Origin: Mustelus asterias
Lineage: Eukaryota
Assembly (NCBI RefSeq): GCF_964213995.1
Contig: NC_135811.1
Location: forward strand, 104,098,001 to 104,162,000
Length of the DNA stretch: 64,000 nucleotides
Direction: 5' to 3'
Part shown: positions 11,110-23,546 of the stretch, piece by piece
Layout: each line of letters opens with the position of its first letter
Position numbering within the stretch: position 1 is the first letter of the stretch
Program-made: the position numbers and the translations under genes
Notes under the pieces: generated by a model
Databases searched by the model: none
Told to the model about the DNA's origin: nothing
What the model saw: only the letters and a program-made list of their open reading frames with translations

Positions 11110-13047
11110 TGATTTGATTCGATTTATTATTTTTTTTCTATGTTCTATTATCACATGTATTAGAATACAGTGAAAAGTATTGTTTCTTGAGCGCTATACA
11201 GACAAAGCATACCATTCATAGAGAAGGAAACGAGAGAGTGCAGAATGTAGTGTTACAGTCATAGCTAAGGTGTAGAGAAAGATCAACTTAATGCAAGGTA
11301 AGTCCATTCAAAAGTCTGACAGCAGCAGGGAAGAAGCTGTTCCTGAGTCGGTTGGTACGTGACCTCAGACTTTTGTATCTTTTTCCCGAAGGAAGAAGGT
11401 GGAAGAGAGAATGTTCAGAGTGCGTGGGGTCCTTAATCATGCTGGCTGCTTTGCCGAGGCAGCGGGAAGTGTAGACAGAGTCAATGGATGAGAGGCTAGT
11501 TTGCGTGATGGATTAGGCTACATTCACAACTTTTTGTAGTTTCCTGCGGTCTTGGGCAGAGCAGGAGCCATACCAAGGATGCTTTCTACGGTGCATCTGT
11601 AAAAGTTGGTGAGAGTTGTAGCTGACGCCAAATTTCCTTAGTCTTCTGAGAAAGTAGAGGCGTTGGTAGGCTTTCTTAACTATAGTGTCGGCATGGGGGG
11701 ACCAGGACAGGTTATTGTTGATCTGGACACCTAAAAACTTGAAGCTCTCGACCTTTTCTACTTCATCACTGTTGATGTAGACAGGAGCATGTTCTCCTCT
11801 ACGCTTCCTGAAGTCGATGACAATCTCCTTCGTTTTGTTGACATTGGAGGGAGAGATTATTGTTACCGCACCATAGAACCATAGAAAATTACAGCTCAGA
11901 AACAGGCCTTTTGGCCCTTCTTGTCTGTGCCGAACCATTTTTTGCCTAGTCCCACTGACCTGCACTTGGACCATATCCCTCCACACCCCTCTCATCTATG
12001 AACGCGTCCAAGTTTTTCTTAAATGTTAAAAGTGACCCCGCATTTACCACTTTATCCGGTAGTTCATTCCACACTCCCACCACTCTCTGCGTGAAGAAGC
12101 CCCCCTCTAATATTCCCTTTAAACTTTTCTCCTTTCACCCTTAACCCATGCCCTCTAGTTTTTTTCTCCCCTAACCTCAGTGGAAAAAGCCTGCTTGCAT
12201 TCACTCTATCTATACCCATCAAAATCTTGTACACCTCTATCAAATCTCCCCTCATTCTTCTACGCTCCAGGGAATAAAGTCCCAACCTATTCAATCTCTC
12301 TCTGTAACTCAGCTTCTCAAGTCCCGGCAACATCCTTGTGAACCTTCTCTGCACTCTTTCAACCTTATTTACATCCTTCCTGTAACTAGGTGACCAAAAC
12401 TGTAACCAATACTCCAAATTCGGCCTCACCAATGCCTTATATAACCTTACCATAACACTCCAACTTTTATACTCGATACTCTGATTTATAAAGGCCAATG
12501 TGCCAAAGGCACTCTTTACAACCCTATCCACCTGTGACATCACTTTTAGGGAATTCTGTACCTGTATTCCCAAATCCCTCTGTTCAACTGCACTTTTCAG
12601 CGTCCTACCATTTACCCTGTACGTTCTTCTTTGGTTTGTCCTTCCAAAGTGCAATATCTCACACTTGTCTGCGTTAAATTCCATTTGCCATTTTTCAGCC
12701 CATTTTTCTAGCTGGTCCAAATCCCTCTGCAAGCTTTGAAAACCTTCCCCACTGTCCACTACACCTCCAATCTTTGTATCATCAGCAAACTTGCTGATCC
12801 AATTTACCACATCATCATCCAGATCACCAGTTCACCAGATTCTCTACCTTATTCCTGTACTCTGTCTCGTCATTGTTTGAGATCTGACCCACTACGGTGG
12901 TGTCATCAGCAAACTTGAAAATCGGGGGTTGGAGAGGAATTTGGCCACACAGTCATAGGTGTATAAGGAGTATAGTAGGAGGCTGAGAACACAGCCTTGT
13001 GAGGATGATCATGGAGGAGGTATTGTTGCCTATCCTTACTGATTGTG
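11110..13047 (-). mobile_element. Rex1/Babar-like LINE, 5'-truncated and split by CR1
   Basis: Minus-strand NVNKTKEIVIDFRK...FKFLGVQINNNLSWSPH...KKAYQRLYFLRRLRKFG (RT C-terminus); (AAATC)n-type tail at about 11110. Confidence 0.8.
11874..12824 (-). mobile_element. CR1 (HER1-like) LINE, 5'-truncated; ORF2 fragment at 12064-12810 with a late frameshift
   Basis: SKFADDTKIGG RT motif, W..KWQMEFN..KC, (TTCTATGG)n tail; CACCA duplicated at 11869-11873 and 12825-12829. Confidence 0.93.
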
Positions 13048-13259
13048 GTACACCCAGCTATCTGCTGCTTTTGTCCTTCTCAATGGTAGTGGCCATGGGT
13101 TTGGGAGGTGCTGCTTAAGGAACCTTGGTGAGTTCCTGCAGTGCATCTTGTAGATGGTACACACTGCTGCCAGATTGTCAGTGGTAGCAACAAGATGCTG
13201 TGATTCACCTTGCAGGATCAGGGGTAGGACCTCGTGCTTGGATTAAAAAGTCCAAATTC

Positions 13260-13678
13260 ACAAGGAGTTAAAATATGGCAGTAGGATTCATCTTGCTTAT
13301 GCTGGAGTAAGAATCTCTGGGAGTGGAACCTCACAGTGAAATACAGTTGAGATTTAAAGTTCCCACGCTGAGAAAGGAAAAGAACAGAAGCAAATCCTAC
13401 AGAGCTGATCTTAGACTGGTTCTGGGAGCATTGAATGTCCACATATGGACAGTGTAAAATATCTTAAGTGTGTTTTTCTTGTGTTAAATGATAAAGGGGA
13501 ATGTTTTCTTTGGTGACTTAAAAGTATAAGTCATCTCCAAAGATGTTGTTTAGTCAAAAGTGCTTTTTAGTCGTGTGTTACAGTAAAAGTCTTAAAACAA
13601 GAAATCTTGTCCTTTCAGCTATTAACTGGGAGTTCAATTTTTTTCACAAGTTATCAGTCTCTTATGGAGATCAGGACA
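13260..13678 (+). mobile_element. Possible degraded LTR remnant
   Basis: AGTAAAAGTCTTAAAAC...GAAATCTTGTC...GTTATCAGTCTC...GATCAGGACA resembles an LTR R/U5 end; weak. Confidence 0.3.
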
Positions 13679-14059
13679 TAAATAAAAACACTAAGATTTG
13701 TTGGGAGCTTCATTCTATTTTGTCCTTGGAGCAAGACTTGTGCCACTAGTTCCAGATATTCAGCTTTCATACATTGGCAGTAATTCCAGAGTGAACTTAC
13801 TAAGTTTGCTAATATTGGCCAATGGACAATTGGACAATGCAAAAGCAAATTGATGACTATGTAAGTAACTCGGGACATGGGGATCACATCCAAAGTTTAA
13901 ATCCAAGATTTAATGATGTCCATGCATGCTGGCTCTCAAAAACAAAAGAGAGTTTGGACTCCATTTCCCATTACCTTAGTCACTCGCCACATATAGCTGT
14001 GACTCAGTGGATGGCACTTTCCTCTCTAGTTGGAAGGTTGTGGGTTCACGTCTCAATCC

Positions 14060-14245
14060 AACGAAGGACCCCCCAAAGCCTGTCCACCATCTACAAGGCG
14101 CTAGTCACAAGTGTGATGGAATATTCTCCACTTGCCTGGATGAGTGCAGGAATAGTTAGGATGAGTGCAACAATAGTCAGGAAGCTCAACACCATCCAGG
14201 GCCTGCTTGACAAGCACCCCATCCATAAACATTCAATCCCTCCAC
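14060..14245 (+). mobile_element. Internal fragment of the CR1/L2-group LINE, followed by an HE1 tail fragment (14248-14345, minus strand)
   Basis: TPQSLSTIYKALVTSVMEYSPLAWMSA...KLNTIQ is homologous to the 15885-16166 ORF; contains an internal 21-bp tandem duplication. Confidence 0.75.
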
Positions 14246-14934
14246 CTCCGACAGAGCATCTTACCCAGGCTCTATCCCTGTAACCCCGTGTATTTTACCC
14301 TGCTAATCCCTCTAACCTAACGTTTTGGGACACTAAGAGGCAAGTTAGATGATGGTCGTCTTCTTGAAACAGATAGGGACCTCAGATTGTTATCAAGAGA
14401 GATTGAAGATGTCTGCTGATTAATCAGCGACAGTGAAGCGATCAGAAGTTTGAAATTTGATACATAGTCAATTTCTAGGAAACCACATGCTGCAGGTACC
14501 TCACTAAAGCCACCACACCGACCACTAATACTTGAGACTGTTAACATGCTTTAGTGATCTGGAACACACTATAGCTTGTTTCATTGTCTTGTGGAAGCCA
14601 GAGAAACCAAAATGCATTGTAAACGGGCGAACGGAAAGACTCGTGACCCATCCTCGGGATGAAAATAATCCTGATTTATTCATAGTTTGTGAAGCCATCC
14701 GAGTCCACAAATTAGATTACGACCCAACTGGATGCAGCTATAACCTCATTAGACACATACCAGGCGTCTTATCCTGCAATTGACAACCACCAATTGCAAT
14801 TGTCTGTTTTTTAAATTGAGAAACAGAAAAGTGAGGGGTCCAAAGTCACAGCAGGTCACCAGCCAAGTTGAATTTCAGGAGGGATGGAAAGTGAAGGAAG
14901 CAAGTCAAAAGCAATGGTTATAACTCTACCCAAG

Positions 14935-15290
14935 TGGTAACACCCTAATTTCCCAGTCAGAAGATTGCAGGTTCAAATCCCACCTCGGGACTTCAGCTTA
15001 TGCATAACCTCGGCCGAACCTCACAGCAGGACAGAGGGAATACTGCACTGTTCAGGGTGCTAGCCTTCAGATGACACACACTATACTGATGCCTTATCCG
15101 TTGTCTCAGGTGAACACTAATGACCCAAGGGAGAGCCAGCAGGGGGGTATGCTTCATGGCCTGGCCAGCATTCATCCCTAACCAACATCACCTAAAGCAG
15201 ATTATCTAGTCAGTCATTCGGTTCGTTGCTCTTTGTGGGATCTTGCTGTGCACAAATCGGCCATCCTTCCTCTGACATTACAGCAGTGAA
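14935..15290 (+). mobile_element. DeuSINE (SacSINE1-like), followed by an old CR1 3' end (about 15300-15600)
   Basis: GGTTCAAATCCCAC head, degenerate Deu core, TGTGGGATCTTGCTGTGCACAAAT tail. Confidence 0.6.
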
Positions 15291-15604
15291 GGTTGCGATA
15301 AGAGCAGATAGAGAGAAGATATTTTGCTTTGTGGGGTACACCATAACCAGAGGCCATCCATCTGAGGTGATCATGAAGAAATCTAATTGGGAATTCAGAA
15401 GACACTTCAAGCGTGGTGAGAATGTGGAATCCGCTGCCACGGCAAGTGGTTGACGCCAACTGTGTAAATGCATTTAAGCGGAAGCAGACAAACAAATGAG
15501 GGAGAAGGGAATAATGGGTTACATTGATAGCCTTACATGTGGAAAGAGGGAGAGAGGTTGTTCAAGTGAAGCATCTTGGACCATTTGGCACAATGGCCCG
15601 TTTC

Positions 15605-16130
15605 CCTTTTTTATTCATTCACGGGATGTGGGCGTCGCTGGCTAGGCCAGCATTTATTGCCCTTCAGATGGTGATGATGAGCTGCCTTCTTGAACCACTG
15701 CAGTTCTTGAGGCAGTCGGTACACCCACAGTGCTGTTCGGGAGGGAGTTCCCGGGTTTTGACCCAGTGACAGTGAAAGAACGGTGACATATTTCCAAGTC
15801 AGGATGGCGTGCGTCTTGGAGGGGAACTTGCAGATGGTGGAGTTCCCAGATATCTGCTGCCCTTGTCCTTCTAGATGGTAGCAGTCATGGGTTTGGAAGG
15901 TGCTGCCTCAGGAACCGTGGTGAGTTGCTGTAGTGCATCTTGTAGATGGTACACACTGCTGATGCTGTGTGCCAGTGGAGGAGGGATTGAAGGTTTATGG
16001 ATGGGGTGCTAATCAAGTGGACTTCTTTGTCCTGGATGATGTCAAGCTTCTTGAGTGTTGCTGGAGCTGCACCCATCCAGGCAAGTGGAGAATATCCCAT
16101 TACACTCCTGACTTGTGTCTTACAGATGGT
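15605..16130 (-). mobile_element. CR1/L2-group LINE 3' end (ORF2 C-terminus plus 3' UTR)
   Basis: TICKTQVRSVMGYSPLAWMGAAPATLKKLDIIQDK...CTIYKMH; terminal tail shared with SINE-B. Confidence 0.8.
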
Positions 16131-16609
16131 GGCTTCAATACTATGTAATAACGACATGTCAGACAAATGTTAATTGGTTGGAAGGTGCTGTGGGACATTC
16201 TGAAAGGTCCCCTATATACATGGAAGTTCTCTCTTTCCTTTCAGCACAGCAGTGTTTGAGCCCATGGTATCAGAAGCCAAGGCAATAAACACAAAATAAA
16301 AGTTGGAAGGAACTAGGGCCGGAAAGACTTCTGTTCAATGTATTTCAGAGTGTGGGGAGTGGGCAAATATCATGCCGTACTCATTATATTGTTCCACACC
16401 CGGGAATGAATAATCATTTTGAAGAATTTTAATGTGTTGTTATAAATAACAACTGATATTATCACAACTAAATCATCAGCTTTTTCAAATGGAGAGAACA
16501 GGGAGCAGGAAGCGTTTTTCACTGTGCGTACGGAATACAAAACTGCCACCATCCTCCACAGATCCGATTGCTGTTCTACGGAGATGGAACTGATTTCCCT
16601 CTTCTGTTA

Positions 16610-17045
16610 CCTCACCCCCACCCCTCCCCACCCCCACTGCCTGCCAGCACCCCTTCAACCCCACCTACCCCCACCACCCCCATCCACCCCTGCCAGCACT
16701 CCCTCAACCCCCACTCACCCCCGCCAGCACCCCCTCAACCCCCACCCACCCACCCCCTCACCACCTCTCAACCCCCACCACCTGCCAGCACCCCCTCAAC
16801 TCCCACCCACTCCCTCAACCCCCACCCCACCTCCACCACCCCTCAAATCCACCACCCCGTCAAGCCCCACTCACCCCCATTCTCTCACCCCCCCCCCCCA
16901 CCAACTTCCGCTATCACCATCTGAATTCCCACCCACCCCCTCACCACCCATCTCCTCCACCACCGCCACCCTTTCAAACCCCACCCACCCCACCACCACC
17001 CCTCAATTCCCACCCACCTCCGTCACTTCCATCCACCCTGACTCC
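16610..17045. repeat. C-rich low-complexity tract (CCCCA/CCCTCAA units)
   Basis: Directly visible; many G runs on the minus strand. Confidence 0.9.
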
Positions 17046-17553
17046 TAATTCTCTGCCTTCCAGGGAAAATCAGGTTTTTTAAAAAAAGAAACTTCTCTTT
17101 GAGGTTTGGATCCCCTCTACATGCAGACAAAGCTACTCAGTGGAGCACTGACCAAGTTGCTTTCACTGGCACAGCAGCCCTGGAATTAGGTGCAGTTATG
17201 GTTAGGTGTTCAACCCTTCACGCAGAAACATTAGCCCTGGAAGATGCACTGGGTCCGAGGTCCAGCGCAGAATAACAGGGCCACTCTTCTGCTTTGAACT
17301 AAAAAATCCAACTCAAAACAAAGAAAAATGTTGCCTCTCTGCTGCTGGCCCAGGAGAGCAGCACGATTCAACGCTGCACACGCAGTTGCACTGACAAGTT
17401 GTGCCAATCTCAAAATCAAATGTCAGACAGGATGCCAATTCTGGCTGGACATTGATTCAACTCATAAAGCTGAACTATGAACACATCAATCGGACGTGGT
17501 TGCCGTACGTATCCTCAGAACCCAATTTCCTTTTAGGGAACTGTTTCACGAAT

Positions 17554-17909
17554 GGGAGACGATGACCTAGTGGTATTATCACCAAACTATTAATGCAGAA
17601 ACTCAGCTAATGTTCTGGGGAACCCGGGTTCGAATTCCGCCACGGCAGATGGTGGAATTTGAATTCAATTTTAAAAATCTGGAATTAGGAATCTACTGAT
17701 GACCATGAAACCATTGTTGCAAAAACCCACCTGGTTCACTAATGTCCTTTAGGGAAGGAAATCTGCCGTCCTTACTCAGTCTGGCCTACATGCGACTCCA
17801 GACCCACAGCAAATGTGGTTGACTCTCAACTGCCCTCCAAGGGCAACTAGGGATGGGCAATAAATGTTGGCCCAACCAGCGACACCCATGAACCATGAAT
17901 GAATAAAAA
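17554..17909 (+). mobile_element. SINE-B, full length
   Basis: GGGAGACGATGACCTAGTGG (box A), GGTTCGAATTC (box B), core, AATGAATAAAAA tail. Confidence 0.85.
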
Positions 17910-18057
17910 GTGCTGCTGAAGTTAGACAAAGGAAAGTAGTTCTAAGTTTTAAGTTTATTTATTAGCGTCACAAGTAGGATTACATTAACACTGCAGTGAA
18001 GCTACTATGAAAACTAGGGGAGAGATTTAAACACTAATACACAAGAAATTCTAAACA

Positions 18058-18408
18058 TAAACAGAAGATTGTGGAAATACTCAGCAGGTTCAGCAGCATC
18101 TGTGGCGAGAAACAAGGAATGGTTTGGATTTTCCGGCTCTCCCCACCGGCAGCATCTCCAACCCCCTCGACTATTTTTTACAGCCACTAAATGGGAGCAA
18201 TGGAAAATCCCATGGACAGCAGCGGGACTGGAAGACCCTGCCGACAACTAATCAATGGCAGGCGCCTCCACTGTCACAAAACATACCGTGGGGAGTGGAA
18301 AGTCCTGCCAACATTTCAAGACAATGACCTCTCATCAGAACGTTAACTCTGTTTCTCCCCCCGCAGATGCTGCCTGACCTGCTGAGTACTTCCGGCATTT
18401 TCTATTTT
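18058..18408. mobile_element. Penelope-like palindromic element with a hammerhead remnant, split by a MITE-like insert (18122-18309)
   Basis: Inverted arms at 18058-18117 and 18346-18408; minus strand at 18310-18342 reads CTGATGA...GAAA. Confidence 0.6.
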
Positions 18409-18686
18409 GATTTATTTTATTCGACACATTTAAAGGTATTGGACAAGCGGTGAAGAGAAGAGGAAGTTTCTTTTAGAAAATAGTGAGTGATAATGACCCA
18501 AACTCATCGCCTACAAGGGTGATGGAACCAGAGACAATGATTTCATAAAGGAAGTTGGAAAGGGAATGGAGGATGGTGAAATTGCATTAAGATAGAGCAG
18601 GGGAATGACAATGATCAGATTACTTTACAGAGAGCCTGCAGGACTCGATTGGGTGAATGGCCTCCTTCTATACTGTAAATGCAGTG

Positions 18687-19205
18687 GTGCACGGTGGCAC
18701 AGTGGTTAGCACTAGTGCCTCAGTGCCAGGGACCCAGGTTCAATTCTGGCCTTGGGTCACTCACTGTGTGTGTGGAGTTTGCACATTCTCCCCGTGTCTG
18801 CATGGGTTTTCCTCCGGGTTCTCCGGTTTCCTCCCACAGTCCAAAGATGTGTGGGTTAGGTTGATTGGCCATGCTAAATTGACCCTTAGTGTCAGGGGGA
18901 CTAGCAGGGTAAACATGTATAAACAGGCGGATACAATTTTGTCTTTTAAAAAGCATTTAGACAGTTACATGGGTAAGATGGGTATAGAGGGACATGGGCC
19001 AAATGCAGCCAATTGGATGAGCTTAGAGGTTTAAAAAAAAAAGGGCGGCATGGGCAAATTGGGCCGAAGGGCCTGTTTCCATGCTGTAAACCTCTGTGAC
19101 TCTATGTGGGGTTGTGGGAGTAGGGCCTGGGTGGGATTGTGGTCAGTGCAGACTCGATGGGCCAAATGGCCTCCTTCTGCATTGTCGGGATTCTATGATT
19201 CTAAT
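18687..19205 (+). mobile_element. HE1 V-SINE carrying an inserted CR1 3' end (about 18917-19105)
   Basis: SINE sequence stops at GGTAAACATGT and resumes at ATGTGGGG; the insert matches the 3' ends of the CR1 copies at 45484 and 48028. Confidence 0.85.
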
Positions 19206-20219
19206 GGCTCAATGACTGTACCGCCCCACCCAGTCAAACAGCCCTTTCCTTGCCACCCATTCTAATTATTTCATAACCACTAGATGAAAGTGTTCAAAAG
19301 GAAAAAAATACAGACCTTTAATGTCCTTGTATAATTTCCCCTGGAATTGCCACAGCAACATGCAAGAGATTAATGTTTTATTCCTGGAGGCTGCAAGTTA
19401 ATCTTGAAGGATCGGCAACCCTAGATACACAGTCATCACATCTAATAATCGTTCATGTAGAGAATTAAAGCCATCGTAAAATAAGTTGGATGTGCTATTT
19501 ACCCAAATGGTGTCCTCCAGTAAGTAAGGGGATCTCACCCTATTTGCATGGGGAGGGGGTGGGGGGAAACAAGAAGGGGAATTGTTTGGGGATTTTAGTT
19601 TTGAAAGGAATTCCCCGGAAACCTTTCCATTAACTCAGTTCGTGCAGACATCCCCTTGCCTTGGCCTCCCGTGTGACTGACATTTATTCAAGGTTGAACA
19701 CCAGAAGCAGGAGGCATCGGAATACAAATTGAATATCAGACGTGCTGCGGTTGGGGGGTGTTGGGAGAGGGGCAAAATAAATCACAAGGAAGGTGAAATG
19801 AAGGCAGCCCACCGTCCATGATCTTCTAGTAAAGCAACCCTCCTCTATTCCCATCACAGCTTCGATGTTCAGCGGATCAGACTTCAGCTTAACATCTCAG
19901 CTGAAGGACAGAAATCGAGAAAGATGTCCTCAAGTTCCACTTTGCTATGTTTAAAGAAATATATTAAAATGACAATATCATGAGGGCTTTGATAAGAGTA
20001 AATAACGGGATATAGTTCCGACAGGTTGACAACAACAGGGGGTATTATCTGGAATGCACTACATGAAAAGGGCTCCGAAGAAAATTTAATAGTAACTTTT
20101 AAAAGCAAATTGGTTTATATACTTGACACAAAAGAGACTATGCAGAAAGTGCAGGGTGGCAAGGACTCTTCCAAAGAAGCTGGCGCAGGCAATGGTGAGC
20201 TCAATAGCCTTCTTCTGTG

Positions 20220-20495
20220 CGTTAGAACGTAGCCGGTGATAACATTGGATCTGTTGTAATGTGACCAATGGTAACAAGCTGTAAGGGTCAGCTGACCCAA
20301 TAAACCATGTAACCAATGACAGAATGATGTGATGATCAGCTGACTCAGTATAAATAAGAACCTGTTGGGAATTGAGGTTACTTAGAATGGCCCAGGATGA
20401 GGCCTCGGGTTTGGAGTACTGAAGTTTCTTTATTAAACATTTTCTTTGATTTATAAGTTGGAGTAAGTTTTGTTATATTTTTATTGTCTACACTG
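20220..20495 (+). mobile_element. Short solo-LTR-like element, copy 1
   Basis: Homologous to 53303-53583; CCAAT boxes, TATAAATA at 20349, ATTAAA at 20432. Confidence 0.6.
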
Positions 20496-21639
20496 GAACA
20501 GTTCTTTCTGGATCAAAACTGTGCAGTACGATTTCATGATATCACATTATCCAACAGTGAAATAGTTGCTGACAGGCTCAGTTTCCAGATTCTGTCACAG
20601 GTAGGATCATGAACCCTTCAGCCTTATCCAAGAGCCCTCAAGAAATAAAAGATGAATCAATCTCCGGGCCACGGCCAGAACAACCCCGGAGAAAAATTTT
20701 GATTTAGATATAAAAATAGTGGAGAAGGATTCAAAAGGCCTCTTGGCTAGGTAGGGTGGTTGGAAGAGAAACCTCTGCATTTGACAAGCCTAGTCACGGT
20801 TAAAAGATCAAGTGTTTCTTGCAACAAAACCACTGGTGTTTAGCTTGTGGAGGTACAGAAGACCAAAACAGTCAGAACCATTCGGCCCATCATGCCAACT
20901 TGAGTACAGCCATCCAATTAACCCTGCTCGCCCGCCCTTTCCCAGTGGGGCCTGCAAGTCATTGTGTCTTCAATTATTTATCTAATTCCCACTAGAAAGA
21001 ATCCGTTTCCTCCACCCAATCAGCCGGAGGAATCCAGATATCCACAACCGCGCTGCGTTTAAATAAAAAAACTGTGCAGAATGGAATGTGAACAGACAGG
21101 TTAAAAACACCAGGTGTTAAGAGAATGCATCTTTGTCACCGTGAAACGCTAAACCGGAAAAGGAAAGAAAGTCACAAGGAGGAAACGAAATCCCTTCACA
21201 AAGACACACACAAGAAAGCGCTGAGTGGAACGCAAAGTAAAAGGCTTGGAAACCAAATAGCACAAGCACTTCTCTTAGGCAAGAGGATAAACAACTCTGT
21301 GCTCTCAACAGATTCTGTGCTGGGCAAGTGCCACGTGACATGTTTGTTGGATCAGCGTATGCAAAAAGGCAAACAGAAAGAGGCACTTTCTTTCAGGACT
21401 GTTTCTGAATTCAGTCCAGCATTCGACCAGAGGGAACATTCATATCCCTCCCTACTCTGCCGCCACGCCACGCCCACACCAAATTAATTAAATTAGCAAA
21501 AAAGTGATGGATGTTTCTCGGACGAGAGTTGATTTTACACCAACTCAGTCCAGTGGGCGATTTTACAAGCAAATAAACCATTCCTCTCCAGAAAGTTTAT
21601 TGTTGTGCGGAAAAAGACATGCCCAGGAAGGATTATCAA

Positions 21640-21840
21640 TCACACAGCGCAGAAGGAAGCCATTCAGCCCATCGAGCCTGCACTTACAACAGGACCCTAT
21701 CCCCATAACCCCACATATTTACCCTGCCAATTCCACCTGACACTAAGGGACAATTTAGCATGGCCAGTCGACCTAACCTGCACATCTTTGGACTGTGGGA
21801 GGAAACCCACGCAGACATGGGGAGAACGCGCAAACTCCAC
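21640..21840 (-). mobile_element. HE1 V-SINE lacking its head
   Basis: Tail and V core only. Confidence 0.8.
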
Positions 21841-21959
21841 TTGCAGCAAGTGCTACCAGCTGAGCTAACTAACAGTACCATGTCAAAGGTGTGGCAGTTT
21901 TCACAGATCCTGCCACTCCCAAGCATTTGTATCACTTTAAGAACTATGAGGGCAATCTT

Positions 21960-22450
21960 GGGCCGGCACTCGCCACCTGTGCAAATGCTGACGGGGCCTC
22001 AAGGTCCAGAAGTCTCAGTTTTTGCAGGCAAGAACGCGCTTTTGGATTTTCCCTGCCCCTTGCCGGAGTGTGTATTTACTCTGCACTGATTTGAATGTAT
22101 TTAAATATTATTAACCCTCCCCGTTGCCAGATATTGACACCGTGCCAAGGTGTTTACAACAGGTTCACCTAGACATGAACCTGGCATGGGGTGGTCTCCC
22201 TGGGGGGCACAAAGGTAAGTATAGCCCCCGGGGGAGAGAGACCTGGCCAGGCAGTGGCCTGGCAAAGTCCCCTGGCACTACAGGTTACAATCGGGACATC
22301 CTTTAAACATGACCCCCCCCTTCCCCAATCTCTGTGCAGCCAGGTTTTGCCAGCATGTTTAAGCCCCCTCCCCTATGATGGCATGAAACATGCCCCTTGA
22401 CTTTTTTTTGGCACGGTGTCAAAAGATCTGGAGAGAAATCGGACTGAGAA
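21960..22450. mobile_element. Larger GC-rich MITE-like element
   Basis: GGGCCGGCACTCGCC start and CTGGAGAGAAATCGGAC end; similar end motif at 28540-28560. Confidence 0.4.
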
Positions 22451-22549
22451 ACACGCCAGTTTTCTCACCAGAAACAACACTCTTGGTAAGATTTGTCCTG
22501 TCATCTTGATTTTAGCAATGGATGGATTATACCAGATCACCAATCGTTA

Positions 22550-22917
22550 TTTGTTTTTATTCATTCGTGGGATATGGGCATCGCTGGCTGGGCAGCATTT
22601 ATTGCCAATCCCTAGTTGCCCTGGTACAGAGGGCAGTTGAGAGTCAACCACATTGCTGTGGCTCTGGAGTCACATGTTAGCCAGACCAGGTAAGGACGGT
22701 AGATTTCCTTCCCTAAAGGACGTTAGTGAACCAGATGGGTTTTTCCAACAATCGACAATGGGGTTTCATAGTCATCAGTAGATTCTTAATTCCAGATATT
22801 TTTTATGGAATTCAAATTTCACCATTTGCCGTGGTGGGATTCGAACCCCGTTCCCCAGAACATTAGCTGAGTTTCTGGATTAATAGTCTAGCGATAATAC
22901 CACTAGGCCATCGCCTC
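22550..22917 (-). mobile_element. SINE-B, full length
   Basis: Reverse-complement match to 17554-17909. Confidence 0.88.
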
Positions 22918-23273
22918 AAAGTAACTCACTGAGTTATCAAGTAATTCAGTGGGTAGTTAAGCTGCAGCATTAGCAAATGTAGAAGCATTCAATACTTACG
23001 CATTGCAGTAAGGTTTCTTATCATAACCTTTGTAATTCTTCATGTTTAAAGTCATTTTGCAAACCTCACACTGGAAACATGCTTTATGCCAAAACTGCAA
23101 CAAGAACAGAAAATAGGAGCATCACGTTAATTATATTTGCAGGAAAACAATAATAAATAATGTTTGGCACTCATGTCCATCCCCCCATGTCAAGGAAATG
23201 TAAATAATTTGACACTGATCAAACAAATCAGGAGAACTTTGCAACGTGGAATCCGGGGTTGCCATTAATATGT

Positions 23274-23546
23274 GGGGCACAGTGGGTTAGCACTGCTGCT
23301 TCACAGCGCCAGGGACCCGGGTTCGATTCCCGGCCTCGGGTCTCTGTCTGTGCGGAGTCTGCACTTTCTCCCCATGTCTACGTGGGTTTCCTCCGGGTGC
23401 TCCGGTTTCCTCCCACATTCTGAAAGATGTGCTGGTTAGGGTGCATTGACCTGAACAGGCGCTGGACTGTGGCGACGAGGGGAATTTCACAGTAACTTCA
23501 TTGCAGTGTTAATGTAAACCTTACTTGTGACTAATAAATAAACTTT
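23274..23546 (+). mobile_element. V-SINE, tail type 2
   Basis: HE1 head and core plus CACAGTAACTTCATTGCAGTG...AATAAATAAACTTT. Confidence 0.85.

Larger units (their letters stand above)
10665..13185 (-). mobile_element. 3' fragment of a CR1/L2-group LINE (possibly Crack-like); host of three nested insertions
   Basis: 10665-11110 and 13048-13185 are collinear with the uninterrupted copy at 15605-16130. Confidence 0.8.

Noticed and set aside
16524-17048. Proline-rich 174-aa ORF
   Set aside because: It arises from the C-rich low-complexity tract.
17690-17725. CTGATGA-CCAT-GAAAC hammerhead-like motif inside SINE-B (also about 22760-22785, minus)
   Set aside because: No stem II is possible, stems I and III pair poorly, and the motif is not kept in the copies at 500, 8570, 25840 and 31860.
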